NCBI GenBank assembly: GCA_964620675.1
Contig: CAZUJU010000001.1
Coordinates: forward strand, 51,576 to 115,575
From: an uncultured Thiotrichales bacterium
Lineage (GTDB): Bacteria; Pseudomonadota; Gammaproteobacteria; UWMA-0217
Length of the DNA stretch: 64,000 bases
Reading direction: 5' to 3'
Shown one piece after another: positions 9,970-21,881 of the stretch; the first letter of the stretch is position 1, and each line of letters starts with the position of its first letter. A program made the translations under genes and the position numbers. Under the pieces are notes generated by a model that saw only the letters and a program-made list of their open reading frames with translations, was not told where the DNA came from and searched no databases.

Positions 9970-10967
9970 ACCGACCGTATATGCCGTTGCCGGGTCCGGT
10001 CCCGGCATCCCTGCAGCTGAACGCCGAGGGGCGACTGCGCCATTTCCTTACGATCGAAGGGTTGAGCGCACCACTGCTGGAGGAGATCCTCAGCGTTTCC
10101 GAATCGTTCACCGCAGTCACTGCGCAACCCGTGAAGAAGGTTCCGCTGTTGCGCGGCAAGACGATTTTCAACCTGTTTTTCGAGCCGAGCACCCGCACCC
10201 GCACGACCTTCGAACTGGCAGCCAAACGTCTCTCGGCCGACGTCATGAACATGAGTATCAGCACCTCCGCAACGACCAAGGGCGAGAGCCTGCTCGACAC
10301 GTTGCGCAATCTCGAGGCCATGCATAGCGATATGTTCATTGTGCGCCACGGCGAAAGCGGCGCCGCGCAATTAATTGCGCGGCATGTCGCCCCGCACATC
10401 AGCGTGATCAATGCCGGCGATGGCCGGCACGCCCACCCGACGCAGGCGATGCTCGACGTCTTCACGATCCGCCGCCGCAAGGGCGCGCTCAATCATCTGA
10501 CGGTCGCGATTGTCGGCGACATCCTGCATTCCCGTGTCGCGCGCTCCCAGATTCATGCCCTCAACGTGCTCGGTATCGGCGAACTCCGCGTCATCGCGCC
10601 GAAAACACTGCTTCCAGCCGAGGTCGAACAGCTGGGGGTCAAGGTCTACCACTCGCTTCAGGCGGGTCTGCGCGATGTCGATGTGGTTATCATGCTACGC
10701 CTTCAAAAAGAACGCATGAGTGGTGCCTTGCTGCCCTCGGAGAACGAGTATTACCGCCTTTACGGTCTGACCGTGGAGCGTCTGGCGTACGCCAAGCCGG
10801 ACGCGATCGTGATGCATCCCGGCCCGGCCAACCGAGGGGTCGAGATCGCTTCGGAGGTCGCCGATGGGCCGCAGTCCGTCATCCTGGAGCAAGTCAGTAA
10901 CGGCCTGGCGGTTCGCATGGCGGTGATGTCTATGTGCCTTGGCGCACAACCGGCGATAAGCCGATGA
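9966..10967 (+). CDS. pyrB: Aspartate carbamoyltransferase catalytic subunit.
   Basis: [19 protein letters not shown] carbamoyl-phosphate binding motif and an HPxQ-type motif ([10 protein letters not shown]). 333 aa. Confidence 0.9.
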   Translation: MNRPYMPLPGPVPASLQLNAEGRLRHFLTIEGLSAPLLEEILSVSESFTAVTAQPVKKVPLLRGKTIFNLFFEPSTRTRTTFELAAKRLSADVMNMSISTSATTKGESLLDTLRNLEAMHSDMFIVRHGESGAAQLIARHVAPHISVINAGDGRHAHPTQAMLDVFTIRRRKGALNHLTVAIVGDILHSRVARSQIHALNVLGIGELRVIAPKTLLPAEVEQLGVKVYHSLQAGLRDVDVVIMLRLQKERMSGALLPSENEYYRLYGLTVERLAYAKPDAIVMHPGPANRGVEIASEVADGPQSVILEQVSNGLAVRMAVMSMCLGAQPAISR

Positions 10968-12238
10968 AAATTGCGATCGAAAATGGCCATCTCGTCGATC
11001 CGGCCAATCACGTAGACCGGGTTTGCTCGCTTTACATCGATAACAGCCGGGTCGTCGGCGTCGGCACGGCTCCGCCCGGTTTCATCGCCAACCGGATCGT
11101 CGATGCGCGCGACCGCCTGGTCATCCCGGGGCTGATCGACCTTTCGGCGCGCCTCGGCGAACCGGGTTTCGAATACAAGGCGGATATCGACAGCGAGAGC
11201 GAAGCCGCGGTCAGCGCCGGCATCACGACCCTCTGTTGCCCGCCCGATACCGACCCAGTGATCGATACGCCCGCCGGGATCGAGTTCATCGAGCGGCGCC
11301 GCGAGAGCGTTGATCGGTCGCGCATCTATGTTTACGCCGCGCTTACACAGGGACTTGCCGGTGACCAGCTGACCGAGATGGCGAACCTCAAAGCAGCCGG
11401 TTGCATCGCGGTCACCAATCTGGGACAGCCCTTTCGCAGCGCGCGGGTCGCACGCCAGGCGCTGGAGTACGCCGCCAGCCACGATCTCACGGTACTCATC
11501 TACCCCGAAGACACCGAACTTGCCGCCGGCGGTTGCGCCCACGAAGGTTCGGTGGCAACGCGCCTGGGTCTACCGTTCGTGCCTGAAGCGGCGGAAACAT
11601 CCGCAATCGGCTTCTTCTTGCCCTTGATCGAAAAGGCCGACGTGCGGGCGCATTTCTGTCGTCTCTCGACCCTCAAGGGGATGAACATGATTCGCCGCGC
11701 CAAACACGACGGCTTACGCGTCACGGCGGACGTTGCCGCGCATCAATTGTTCCTCACCGAAATGGACATCGCCGACTTCAACTCGCTCTGCCACACACGC
11801 CCCCCGTTACGCAGCCAGCGCGACCGCGACGGCCTGCGGCAGGGATTGACACAATTCGGCATCGACGCGATCTGTTCCGACCATCAACCCCACGAACTTG
11901 ACGCCAAGCTGGCTCCGTTCCGCGAAACCGAACCAGGTATTTCGGCGCTGGAAACCCTACTCCCGTTAACCTTGCGCTTGGTCGACGAGCACGTGCTGAC
12001 GTTGTCTGAAGCGATCGCCCTGGTGACCAGCCGTCCCGCGGCGATCCTCGGACTCCCGCTGGGGCGACTCGGAATCGGCGACCTCGCCGATCTCTGCATC
12101 ATCGACCCGCGGGCCGAATACGAGTGCGATCCACAGCAGTTCTACAGCAAGGGCAAGAACTCCCCGCTTGGTGGGTGGATGCTGCGCGGCCGGGTGACTC
12201 ACACCCTGGTTGACGGGCGCTTCGTCTGGGAGCTTTAG
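10964..12238 (+). CDS. pyrC': Dihydroorotase-like protein, predicted catalytically inactive (PyrC'-type structural partner of ATCase).
   Basis: Amidohydrolase fold and length (424 aa). ATGA overlap with pyrB. The N-terminal metal-binding D-x-H-x-H motif is replaced by [10 protein letters not shown]. Confidence 0.75.
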   Translation: MKIAIENGHLVDPANHVDRVCSLYIDNSRVVGVGTAPPGFIANRIVDARDRLVIPGLIDLSARLGEPGFEYKADIDSESEAAVSAGITTLCCPPDTDPVIDTPAGIEFIERRRESVDRSRIYVYAALTQGLAGDQLTEMANLKAAGCIAVTNLGQPFRSARVARQALEYAASHDLTVLIYPEDTELAAGGCAHEGSVATRLGLPFVPEAAETSAIGFFLPLIEKADVRAHFCRLSTLKGMNMIRRAKHDGLRVTADVAAHQLFLTEMDIADFNSLCHTRPPLRSQRDRDGLRQGLTQFGIDAICSDHQPHELDAKLAPFRETEPGISALETLLPLTLRLVDEHVLTLSEAIALVTSRPAAILGLPLGRLGIGDLADLCIIDPRAEYECDPQQFYSKGKNSPLGGWMLRGRVTHTLVDGRFVWEL

Positions 12239-12393
12239 CCCTGCTGCATCACTCAGCGCTGAAGGGCCGCATTGCTGCGTTAACACCGGGCTTCGAATGC
12301 GAATTTGCTGCGTGTAAGTTGCGCCTTATTGACCGGTTTTTCCCTGCCCGGCTTCCCTTAATGCCTTTGTGACACATAAGTACGAGGCACCAC

Positions 12394-13698
<1,305 letters not shown>

Positions 13699-13936
13699 AC
13701 CGCAAGTTTCCTGGCCGACGCCCACAATATGGCGTTGCGTTTAATAGGTTTTTTCATATCCACCAACTGGTTACTCTGCGAGGCGTGCCGCCTTGGACAA
13801 CGCCGCATTCAAACTGAAGAAGGGGCATCATAGCGCTGGCCCCGCGGCTTGGATATCCGGCGTCGAACTCATCGATCGCGGGCGCCGGTAAATGCGACCC
13901 GTGCCGCGATCATGAGTCTCGAATCCGGGCGCGACG

Positions 13937-15103
13937 CTAACGCATCAGATCCTGATCCGAGGGTGGCGGTTGCACCATCAGCGCCTCGGTGCCTTCAAGC
14001 AACGCCTTGCTGGTGGACCGCTTGCTTTCGAGCTTGATCTTCAAGCGTAGGTTGTTGACCGAATCGGCATGCCGCAGCGCCTCCTGGTAAGTGATCGCGC
14101 CCGTTTCGTAGAGGTCGAACAGCGCTTGGTCGAAGGTCTTCATGCCCTGTTCGCGCGAGTTTTGCACCAACTCCTTCATATCCGGAATCCGGCCTTTGAG
14201 AATCAATTCCGCCATCAGCGGGGTATTCAGCAACACCTCTACGGCCGGCACCCGACCGTCCCCATCGGCGCGGCGCACCAACCGCTGCGACAAGACCGCG
14301 CGCAGATTCATAGAGAGGTCCATTTGCACCTGGGCGCGACGGTCCTCGGGGAAAAAATTCAACACCCGCTCCATTGCCTGATTGGCGCTGTTCGCATGCA
14401 CCGTGGACATGCACAGGTGCCCGGTCTCGGCGAAGGTGATCGCATAATCCATCGCGGCACGGTCACGGATCTCGCCGAGCACGATCACATCCGGCGCCTG
14501 CCGCAGCGCATTTTTCAAGGCCACCTCATAGGACTCGGTGTCGATGCCGATCTCGCGTTGGGTCACGATGCATTGATCGTGCTCGTGCACGAATTCGACC
14601 GGATCCTCGATCGTAATGATGTGGCCGCGACTGGTGCGATTGCGAAATCCCAACAGCGCCGCGAGGGTGCTCGATTTCCCGGAGCCGGTCGCACCGACCA
14701 CAAGCACCAACCCGCGCCGCATCATCGCCACTTCGCGCAACGACGAGGGCAGACCGAGTTCTTCGAAGGTCGGGATCTGGTCGTTGATCCGGCGCAACAC
14801 CATCCCGTAAAACCCGCGTTGCATAAAGGCGCTGACCCGAAACCGTGACACCCCGGTCACGGCGATACTGAAGCCGGTCTCCTGATGCTTTTCGAACTCG
14901 CTCAACTGGCGATCGTTCATGAGTGCGCGCGCCAGCATCTGGGTATGTGTCGGCGTAAGCTTATGCTGCGTGATCGGTTGCAGCAGCCCGTTTACCTTCA
15001 TGCTCGGCGGGGCACCAGCGGTGATGAATAAATCCGAGCCCTGCTGTTCTACCATCGTGCGTAACAACTCATGCACGAATTCAATGGCTTTTGCACGATC
15101 CAT
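13937..15103 (-). CDS. pilU: Type IV pilus ATPase PilU.
   Basis: 388 aa. GATGSGKSS Walker A, TVHANSANQAMERV His box, LMAELILKGR in place of the PilT AIRNLIRE motif. Immediately downstream of pilT, separated by 41 bp. Confidence 0.85.
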   Translation of the reverse strand: MDRAKAIEFVHELLRTMVEQQGSDLFITAGAPPSMKVNGLLQPITQHKLTPTHTQMLARALMNDRQLSEFEKHQETGFSIAVTGVSRFRVSAFMQRGFYGMVLRRINDQIPTFEELGLPSSLREVAMMRRGLVLVVGATGSGKSSTLAALLGFRNRTSRGHIITIEDPVEFVHEHDQCIVTQREIGIDTESYEVALKNALRQAPDVIVLGEIRDRAAMDYAITFAETGHLCMSTVHANSANQAMERVLNFFPEDRRAQVQMDLSMNLRAVLSQRLVRRADGDGRVPAVEVLLNTPLMAELILKGRIPDMKELVQNSREQGMKTFDQALFDLYETGAITYQEALRHADSVNNLRLKIKLESKRSTSKALLEGTEALMVQPPPSDQDLMR

Positions 15104-15144
15104 CGTAGTTTCCCGTTACCTCGAGAGTGGCCGTTGACGCGTCA

Positions 15145-16179
15145 TCAGAGCGAATCTGGTGCGACTGCACGCAGTCGCGCCTCTTCACGCGTGACCGTGC
15201 CCTTGGCCAGGAGATTCTTGAGTCCCTGATCGAGTGTGATCATACCCTCACGCTGACCGGTTTGAATTGCCGAGTACATTTGCGCGATCTTGCCTTCCCG
15301 GATCAAATTGCGGATCGCCGGCGTGCCGATCATGATTTCATGCGCTGCGACGCGCCCACCGCCGACCTTCTTAAGCAGGGTCTGCGAGATGACCGCGCGC
15401 AGCGACTCCGAGAGCATCGCCCGCACCATGTCTTTTTCCTCGGCCGGAAACACATCGACGATACGGTCGATCGTTTTTGCGGCCGAGGTGGTGTGCAAGG
15501 TGCCGAACACCAGGTGGCCGGTTTCCGCGGCGGTCAAGGCGAGACGGATGGTCTCAAGGTCCCGCATTTCGCCGACCAGGATCGTATCGGGGTCCTCACG
15601 CAAGGCCGAGCGCAGCGCGGCGTTGAAACTATGGGTATCGCGATGGACTTCACGCTGATTGACCAGACACTTTTTCGATTCATGCACGAATTCGATCGGG
15701 TCTTCGATGGTCAGGATATGCCCGAACTCGCTGTCGTTCTTGTGGTTGATCATCGCCGCCAGCGTGGTCGATTTGCCCGATCCGGTCGGCCCGGTCACCA
15801 GAACCAAACCACGCGGGAGACCGGAGATCTTCTTAAAAACCTCGGGTGCGTCGAGGTCTTCGAGTGTCAGCACCCGCGACGGAATGGTGCGGAATACCGC
15901 CCCGGCGCCACGATCATGCGTGAACGCGTTGACGCGAAACCGTGCCAACTCCTTCACTTCAAAAGAAAAATCTGTTTCGAGAAACTCTTCGTAGTCCTTG
16001 CGCTGCTTGTCGGACATGATGTCGTACACCATCGCGTGAACGTCCTTGTGCGACAATAGCGCGGCATTGAGGCGGCGGATGTCGCCATCGATCCTGACCA
16101 TCGGCGGCAAGCCGGCCGAGAGGTGGAGGTCAGAGGCACCGTTTTTGACACCAAATGCAAGAAGCTGCGTAATATCCAT
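15145..16179 (-). CDS. pilT: Twitching motility ATPase PilT.
   Basis: 344 aa. MDITQLLAFGVKNGASDLHLSAGLPPMVRIDGD, GPTGSGKST, TLHTTSAAKTIDRIVDVF and AIRNLIREGK, all canonical PilT. Confidence 0.9.
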   Translation of the reverse strand: MDITQLLAFGVKNGASDLHLSAGLPPMVRIDGDIRRLNAALLSHKDVHAMVYDIMSDKQRKDYEEFLETDFSFEVKELARFRVNAFTHDRGAGAVFRTIPSRVLTLEDLDAPEVFKKISGLPRGLVLVTGPTGSGKSTTLAAMINHKNDSEFGHILTIEDPIEFVHESKKCLVNQREVHRDTHSFNAALRSALREDPDTILVGEMRDLETIRLALTAAETGHLVFGTLHTTSAAKTIDRIVDVFPAEEKDMVRAMLSESLRAVISQTLLKKVGGGRVAAHEIMIGTPAIRNLIREGKIAQMYSAIQTGQREGMITLDQGLKNLLAKGTVTREEARLRAVAPDSL

Positions 16180-16285
16180 ATCGGTCTGTCATGAGCCTGG
16201 GGGGAGCGTGATTGCGACACCGGCGAGTCGCCATACCGGTAGGTTTTACAACATTCGCGCCGCCCCTGTACACGAATCAAGTCAC

Positions 16286-16981
16286 ATGCCTTACGATACT
16301 TTGTGTCAACGCCTGCAACAATTGCGGAAGGAAATAGCGCGCTGCGCAGCGGAGGCGGAACGCACCGCGGACTGGGTGGGTTTGATCGCAGTGAGCAAAA
16401 CCCACCCAGTCGAGGCGATTCGAATGGCTTATCACTGCGGACAACGGGCATTCGGCGAGAACTATGCCCGTGAACTCGGCGACAAGGTTGCGCAACTCGC
16501 TGATCTGGATCTCGAATGGCATTATATCGGTCCGATTCAGCGCAATAAGACCCGGTCGATAGCCGCCAACGCCGCGTGGGTGCATGGGATCGATCGCTTC
16601 GAAGTCGCATCGCGCTTGGCGGCGCAACGCCCAGCCGAGTTGCCGCCCCTGCAAGTCTGCCTTCAGGTAAATCTCGACGCCGAACCGAGCAAGGCGGGCA
16701 TCGCCCCGCGGGAACTCGCCGGACTCGCTCAAGCGGTCGCGCAACTCGATCCGACCCGGTTACGCCTACGCGGACTGATGTGCATCCCGCGCCCTCAGGT
16801 CGACCCGGTCGCGCAACGCCTCGCCTTCGCGGCGCTACGCGAGTGCCGCGCAACGTTGCGCCGCGAAGGTCTGGCCCTTGATACGCTGTCGATGGGCATG
16901 TCGGACGACTATTGCGCGGCAATCGCCGAAGGGGCGACATTGATCCGCATTGGTACGGCGATTTTTGGCACGCGTCGCTGA
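16286..16981 (+). CDS. yggS: PLP homeostasis protein YggS family.
   Basis: ...VSKTHP...AFGENYARE...SMGMSDDY alanine-racemase N-terminal-like fold. 231 aa. ATG at 16286. Confidence 0.85.
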   Translation: MPYDTLCQRLQQLRKEIARCAAEAERTADWVGLIAVSKTHPVEAIRMAYHCGQRAFGENYARELGDKVAQLADLDLEWHYIGPIQRNKTRSIAANAAWVHGIDRFEVASRLAAQRPAELPPLQVCLQVNLDAEPSKAGIAPRELAGLAQAVAQLDPTRLRLRGLMCIPRPQVDPVAQRLAFAALRECRATLRREGLALDTLSMGMSDDYCAAIAEGATLIRIGTAIFGTRR

Positions 16982-17036
16982 AACTGAAACCCAGCTTGCG
17001 TACAATACGGCCCGGTTAACCATTCACGACAGCTCG

Positions 17037-17873
17037 ATGCAAACGCTACGCTTAGGCTTTATCGGCGGCGGCAACATGTCGCGCAGCCTGGTCGGCGGCC
17101 TGCTCAAGAACGCCTGGCCCGCCAGTACCCTCCATATCGCTGACCCGGATCCAACTCAACGCGCGCGCATCGAGGCACTCGACCCCGCGCTTCACGTCGA
17201 CGCCGACGGACCCCGCGTGGTCGCAAACGTCGACGTCGTCGTGCTCGCGGTCAAGCCCCAAGTGCTGCAAGCCGTCGCACGCGCGATCCGCAGCGAAGTC
17301 CAGGCGCGACGGCCGCTGATCATCTCGATCGCCGCAGGGATCAAAAGCGCCGACATCGAACGCTGGCTCGGCGGTGATCTCGCGATCGTGCGCTGCATGC
17401 CGAATACCCCAGCGCTCGTGATGAGCGGCGCGACCGGTTTGTTCGCCAACCTGAGTACCTCGCAGGGGCAGCGCGAAATCGCGGAACGCCTCATGCGCTC
17501 AGTGGGCGTGACGGTCTGGGTCAACGACGAACGGCAACTCGACGCGGTGACCGCGCTTTCAGGAAGCGGGCCGGCCTACGTGTTCCTGGTGCTGGAGGCA
17601 CTCCAGCATGGCGCCGAAAGCCTCGGACTGGCGCCCGAAGCGGCACGCCTGCTGGCGCTACAAACCGTCGCGGGCGCGGCCAAACTGGCACTTGAAAGCG
17701 ACGAGCCGCCGGCGTTGTTGCGCGAGCGGGTGACCTCAAAAGGTGGCACGACCGAGCGCGCGCTCGCCGAATTCAACGCCGGTGATTTGATCGGTCTTTT
17801 CACCCGCGCGATGCACGCCGCGGCCGCTCGGTCCGAGGAGCTCGCCGAAGTACTTGGGACTGACGCCGCATGA
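17037..17873 (+). CDS. proC: Pyrroline-5-carboxylate reductase.
   Basis: N-terminal Rossmann motif LGFIGGGNMSRSL and the C-terminal TSKGGTTERAL motif. 278 aa. Confidence 0.85.
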   Translation: MQTLRLGFIGGGNMSRSLVGGLLKNAWPASTLHIADPDPTQRARIEALDPALHVDADGPRVVANVDVVVLAVKPQVLQAVARAIRSEVQARRPLIISIAAGIKSADIERWLGGDLAIVRCMPNTPALVMSGATGLFANLSTSQGQREIAERLMRSVGVTVWVNDERQLDAVTALSGSGPAYVFLVLEALQHGAESLGLAPEAARLLALQTVAGAAKLALESDEPPALLRERVTSKGGTTERALAEFNAGDLIGLFTRAMHAAAARSEELAEVLGTDAA

Positions 17874-18427
17874 ACGTTTTCTCCGAGATCGCGTTTTTTC
17901 TGATCGATACGCTGTTCACGCTGTTTATCGCGCTGTTCATGCTTCGGATGTTGCTCGGGTTGTCCCGGGCGGACTTCTACAATCCGTTCTCGCAGTTCAT
18001 CGTCACCGCGACCAACCCACTGCTCAAGCCCTTGCGCCGAATTCTGCCGCCGATCGGGCGCATCGATACCGCAGCGATCGTAATCATGCTGGCGTTGAAA
18101 CTGCTCCAGCTCGCGTTGTTGCTCATGGTCCAGAGCAAGGCGCCGGACCTTGTTTGGCTCGTCGTCACGGCGGTCGTTCAGCTGCTGACGATGTTGATTT
18201 ACCTCTACCTGATTTCGATCATCGTCGAGGCCATTCTGACCTGGGTCAATCCGACCGCGTTCTACGACCGTAAGAATCCGCTGGCTTCGATCCTGCACAG
18301 TATTAATATGCCGCTGCTGCATCCCCTCTCACAGATTGTGCCGCGGATCGGGGTCATCGACATCACCCCGCTGGTCGCGATCCTCCTGTTGAACATTCTT
18401 TTGATTGTCATCCGCTCGTTCGGCTAA
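17870..18427 (+). CDS. yggT: YggT family membrane protein.
   Basis: Two-repeat YggT hydrophobic architecture. ATGA overlap with proC. Confidence 0.8.
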   Translation: MNVFSEIAFFLIDTLFTLFIALFMLRMLLGLSRADFYNPFSQFIVTATNPLLKPLRRILPPIGRIDTAAIVIMLALKLLQLALLLMVQSKAPDLVWLVVTAVVQLLTMLIYLYLISIIVEAILTWVNPTAFYDRKNPLASILHSINMPLLHPLSQIVPRIGVIDITPLVAILLLNILLIVIRSFG

Positions 18428-18813
18428 TGGCCGACAACCGAGGCGCGCGAAGGAACCACGCGAAACGCGCGCCGAGTGCCACTCGAACTCGGCGCGACCT
18501 CGATGCGCCGCACGCGACCGCGACGACGCGCAACGGGTATCGCTGGGAGGGCAATTGCCTGATTCTCAATATCCGCGCTCAACCCCGGTCCTCGTGCGAT
18601 GAGTTCGGCGAGGTGCGGGACGGGTGGATCAAGCTGCGCATCACCGCGCCTCCGGTGGATGGCAAGGCCAACGCGCACATCCTGAAAGTGCTGAGTAAGC
18701 TGTTTCGTGTTCCGGTCCGGCGGGTTGAGCTGCTGAGCGGTGTGACGACGCGCGACAAGACGTTACGCATCGAGGCCCCGGAGCAACTCCCGTCGATGAT
18801 CCGTCGACGGTAA
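18427..18813 (+). CDS. yggU: DUF167 (YggU) family protein.
   Basis: ...ILNIRAQPRSSCDEFGEVRDGWIKLRITAPPVDGKANAHILKVLSKLFRV matches the DUF167 core. Overlaps the yggT stop. Confidence 0.7.
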   Translation: MADNRGARRNHAKRAPSATRTRRDLDAPHATATTRNGYRWEGNCLILNIRAQPRSSCDEFGEVRDGWIKLRITAPPVDGKANAHILKVLSKLFRVPVRRVELLSGVTTRDKTLRIEAPEQLPSMIRRR

Positions 18814-18974
18814 CAAAGTCAGGATTCGACGACCTCGTCGCGGAGCTTTCTCATAAAAAATTATTATCCGCATAAATTCTAGTTATCCAAGAATAAGCAA
18901 AAAGTATTTCCGCCCGGGACCTGGACCAGAGTACCTTTGTATCTATCGCTACCTACTAATGTACTAATTTTCCC

Positions 18975-21866
18975 ATGACCGCCCCATCGGAATCCGTTCA
19001 AGCCCCGAGCCGCGAGGTCAAGACCACGACCTGCTACATGTGCGCCTGCCGTTGCGGCATTCGCGTAACGCTGGAGAACGGGGAGGTACGGTACATCGAA
19101 GGGAACCCGGATCATCCGCTAAATCAGGGCGTGATCTGCGCCAAAGGGGCGTCGGGAATCATGAAGCAGTACTCGCCGGCGCGCCTGACCCTGCCGCTGC
19201 GGCGTAGATCTGGCGCCGAACGCGGCAGCGGTGAGTTCGAGGCGGTCAGCTGGGACGAGGCATTCGGCGTGCTTGCGGAACGTCTCGGCAAGATTCGCTT
19301 GACCGACCCGAAACGCTTCGCCCTATTTACCGGGCGTGATCAGATGCAGGCGTTGACCGGTTTGTTTGCGCGCCAGTTTGGCACCCCCAACTACGCCGCC
19401 CACGGCGGATTTTGTTCGGTGAACATGGCAGCCGGGCTGATCTACACCATCGGCGGATCGTTTTGGGAATTCGGCGGTCCGGATCTGGAACGCTCGAAAC
19501 TGTTCCTGATGTTCGGCACCGCGGAGGACCATCACTCGAATCCGCTCAAGGTGCAGATTGCCAAGTTCAAACGCCAAGGCGGGCGCTTTATCTCGATCAA
19601 TCCAGTGCGTACTGGGTATTCGGCCATCGCCGATGAGTGGGTCCCGATTAAGCCGGGTACCGACGGCGCGCTGCTGCTGGCATTGATTCATGAAGTCATC
19701 AAGCAAGGGCTATACGACCGGGAGTTTCTGGTGCGTTACACCAACGCGCCCGAACTGGTCAATCTCGATCCGAAAAGCAGCGAGTTCGGCATGTTTCTCC
19801 GCTTCGAGATCCCGCCCGAGGAAGGCTGCTTCGATCCGCAAAACAAGCTGTGGTGGGATCGCGAGTTGAACCGTCCGATCTCGACCCACACCGAAGGCGC
19901 CGATCCCTATTTGCTTGGCGAGTTTCGCTGGGACGACGGCACGCCGGTGAAACCGTCCTTCCAGTTGCTGAAGGAGCGTGTGGAGCAATACACCCCCGAG
20001 TGGGCCGCGGGTATCAGTGGCGTACCGGCCGAGACGATCCGCCGTCTCGCCCACGAGATGGGCGTTACCGCGCGCGATCAGCAGATCGAGTTGCCGATTG
20101 CGTGGACCGACGCCTGGGGCAAGGAACACAACTCGGTTGTCGGCAATCCGGTGTCGTTTCACGCCATGCGCGGCCTCGCAGCCCATTCCAACGGGTTTCA
20201 CACGATTCGGGCGCTTGGGATTCTGATGACGTTGCTGGGCACGATCGACCGCCCCGGCGGCTTTCGCCACAAGGCGCCGTTTCCGCGCCCGATTCCGCCG
20301 TGCCCGAAGCCGCCGAAAAGTGAGGCCGACGTCGTTCCCGGCGAGGTATTAAACGGCATGCCCCTCGGTTGGCCGGCCGACCCCGACGACCTCTTCGTCA
20401 GCGACGACGGCGAGCCGTTGCGGATCGACAAGGCGTTCTCCTGGGAGTATCCGCTCTCGGTGCATGGCCTGATGCATAACGTTATCACCAATGCCTGGCG
20501 CGGCGATCCGTACAAGATTGACACGCTGCTTCTATTCATGGCGAACATGGCCTGGAATTCGTCGATGAACACAGCGCGTGTGCGCGAGATGTTGACCGAC
20601 AAGGACGAGACGGGCGAGTACAAGATTCCGTTCCTGGTCGTATGCGATACGTTTCAGTCGGAGACCGTTGCGTTTGCCGATCTGGTCTTGCCGGATACGA
20701 CCTACCTCGAACGTTACGACGTGATGTCGATGCTCGATCGACCGATCTCCGAGTATGACGGGCCGGTCGACTCGGTGCGCATTCCGGTTGTCCCGCCGAA
20801 AGGCGAATGCAAACCCTTTCAGGAGGTGCTGATCGAACTGGGTTCGCGCCTCAAACTGCCCGCGTTCACGCGCCCCGATGGATCGCGCAAATTTCGCGAC
20901 TATCGCGATTTCATCATCAACTACGAAAGTGCACCGGGGTCCGGCATTGGTTTCCTGGCGGGCTGGCGCGGCACCGGCGGCGAAAAATATCTGCGCGGCG
21001 AGCCGAATCCGCGGCAATGGGAGATGTACGCAAAAAATAACTGCGTGTTCCACTATGAACTTCCGCGCTCGTATCAGTACATGCGCAACTGGAACCAGGG
21101 TTACCTGCAATGGGCGCAGGATCACGGCATGACCCGCTACGCCGAGCCGATCAACATTCACATCTACTCCGAAGTACTGCAGAAGTTTCGCCTCGCCGCC
21201 GAAGGCAAATCAGACGGACGGCAACCGCCGGAACGCCTTCGCGAGCGGGTGCGGACCTACTTCGATCCACTACCGTTCTACCATGAGCCGCTGGAATCCC
21301 AGCGTATCGATACCCAACAGTATCCGCTCAGCGCGATCACCCAACGGCCGATGGCGATGTATCACTCGTGGGATTCCCAAAATGCGTGGCTGCGCCAGAT
21401 CCATACCCATAACTACCTGTATCTCAATCCGCAGCTCGGCAAGGCGAACGGATTCAAGGACGGCGACTGGGTCTGGATCGAGTCGCCGTGGGGCAAGGTA
21501 CGCTGCATGTGCAGTTTCAGCGAAGCGGTCGAGCCCGGCACGGTCTGGACCTGGAATGCGATCGGCAAGGCCTCCGGCGCGTGGGCGTTGCATCCCAAGG
21601 CCAACGAATCGCAAAAAGGCTTTTTGCTCAATCACGTGATCACCGAGGAGCTTCCGGCCGGTGACGAAGGCACCACGATCTCGAACTCCGATCCGGTCAC
21701 CGGCCAGGCCGGCTGGTACGACGTGCGGGTGCGGGTTTATAAGGCCGAGCCCGGCGAACCCAAGCAGAGCTGGCCACAGTTTGGCGCGCTAAAGCCGTTT
21801 CCTGGGATGGAGAAGCGTCGCGGTAAATGGCAAGCCTACATCGCCGGTAAATTCGGCAGAAAATAG
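18975..21866 (+). CDS. soeA: Molybdopterin (Mo-bisPGD) oxidoreductase catalytic subunit with no Tat signal; SoeA-like cytoplasmic sulfite dehydrogenase large subunit.
   Basis: 963 aa. N-terminal 4Fe-4S Cys motif CYMCACRCG...C immediately after a 17-residue non-signal N-terminus with no RR twin-arginine motif. Molybdopterin oxidoreductase and C-terminal MopB domains. Size matches SoeA (~109 kDa). Confidence 0.6.
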   Translation: MTAPSESVQAPSREVKTTTCYMCACRCGIRVTLENGEVRYIEGNPDHPLNQGVICAKGASGIMKQYSPARLTLPLRRRSGAERGSGEFEAVSWDEAFGVLAERLGKIRLTDPKRFALFTGRDQMQALTGLFARQFGTPNYAAHGGFCSVNMAAGLIYTIGGSFWEFGGPDLERSKLFLMFGTAEDHHSNPLKVQIAKFKRQGGRFISINPVRTGYSAIADEWVPIKPGTDGALLLALIHEVIKQGLYDREFLVRYTNAPELVNLDPKSSEFGMFLRFEIPPEEGCFDPQNKLWWDRELNRPISTHTEGADPYLLGEFRWDDGTPVKPSFQLLKERVEQYTPEWAAGISGVPAETIRRLAHEMGVTARDQQIELPIAWTDAWGKEHNSVVGNPVSFHAMRGLAAHSNGFHTIRALGILMTLLGTIDRPGGFRHKAPFPRPIPPCPKPPKSEADVVPGEVLNGMPLGWPADPDDLFVSDDGEPLRIDKAFSWEYPLSVHGLMHNVITNAWRGDPYKIDTLLLFMANMAWNSSMNTARVREMLTDKDETGEYKIPFLVVCDTFQSETVAFADLVLPDTTYLERYDVMSMLDRPISEYDGPVDSVRIPVVPPKGECKPFQEVLIELGSRLKLPAFTRPDGSRKFRDYRDFIINYESAPGSGIGFLAGWRGTGGEKYLRGEPNPRQWEMYAKNNCVFHYELPRSYQYMRNWNQGYLQWAQDHGMTRYAEPINIHIYSEVLQKFRLAAEGKSDGRQPPERLRERVRTYFDPLPFYHEPLESQRIDTQQYPLSAITQRPMAMYHSWDSQNAWLRQIHTHNYLYLNPQLGKANGFKDGDWVWIESPWGKVRCMCSFSEAVEPGTVWTWNAIGKASGAWALHPKANESQKGFLLNHVITEELPAGDEGTTISNSDPVTGQAGWYDVRVRVYKAEPGEPKQSWPQFGALKPFPGMEKRRGKWQAYIAGKFGRK

Positions 21867-21881
21867 AGAGCGCACGAATCC

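Noticed and set aside
18860-18900. DnaA-box-like 9-mers (TTATCCGCA, TTATCCAAG) in the AT-rich region upstream of soeA.
   Set aside because: Each has 1-2 mismatches to TTATCCACA, there are only two copies, and there is no replication-origin context. Most likely promoter-region AT richness.
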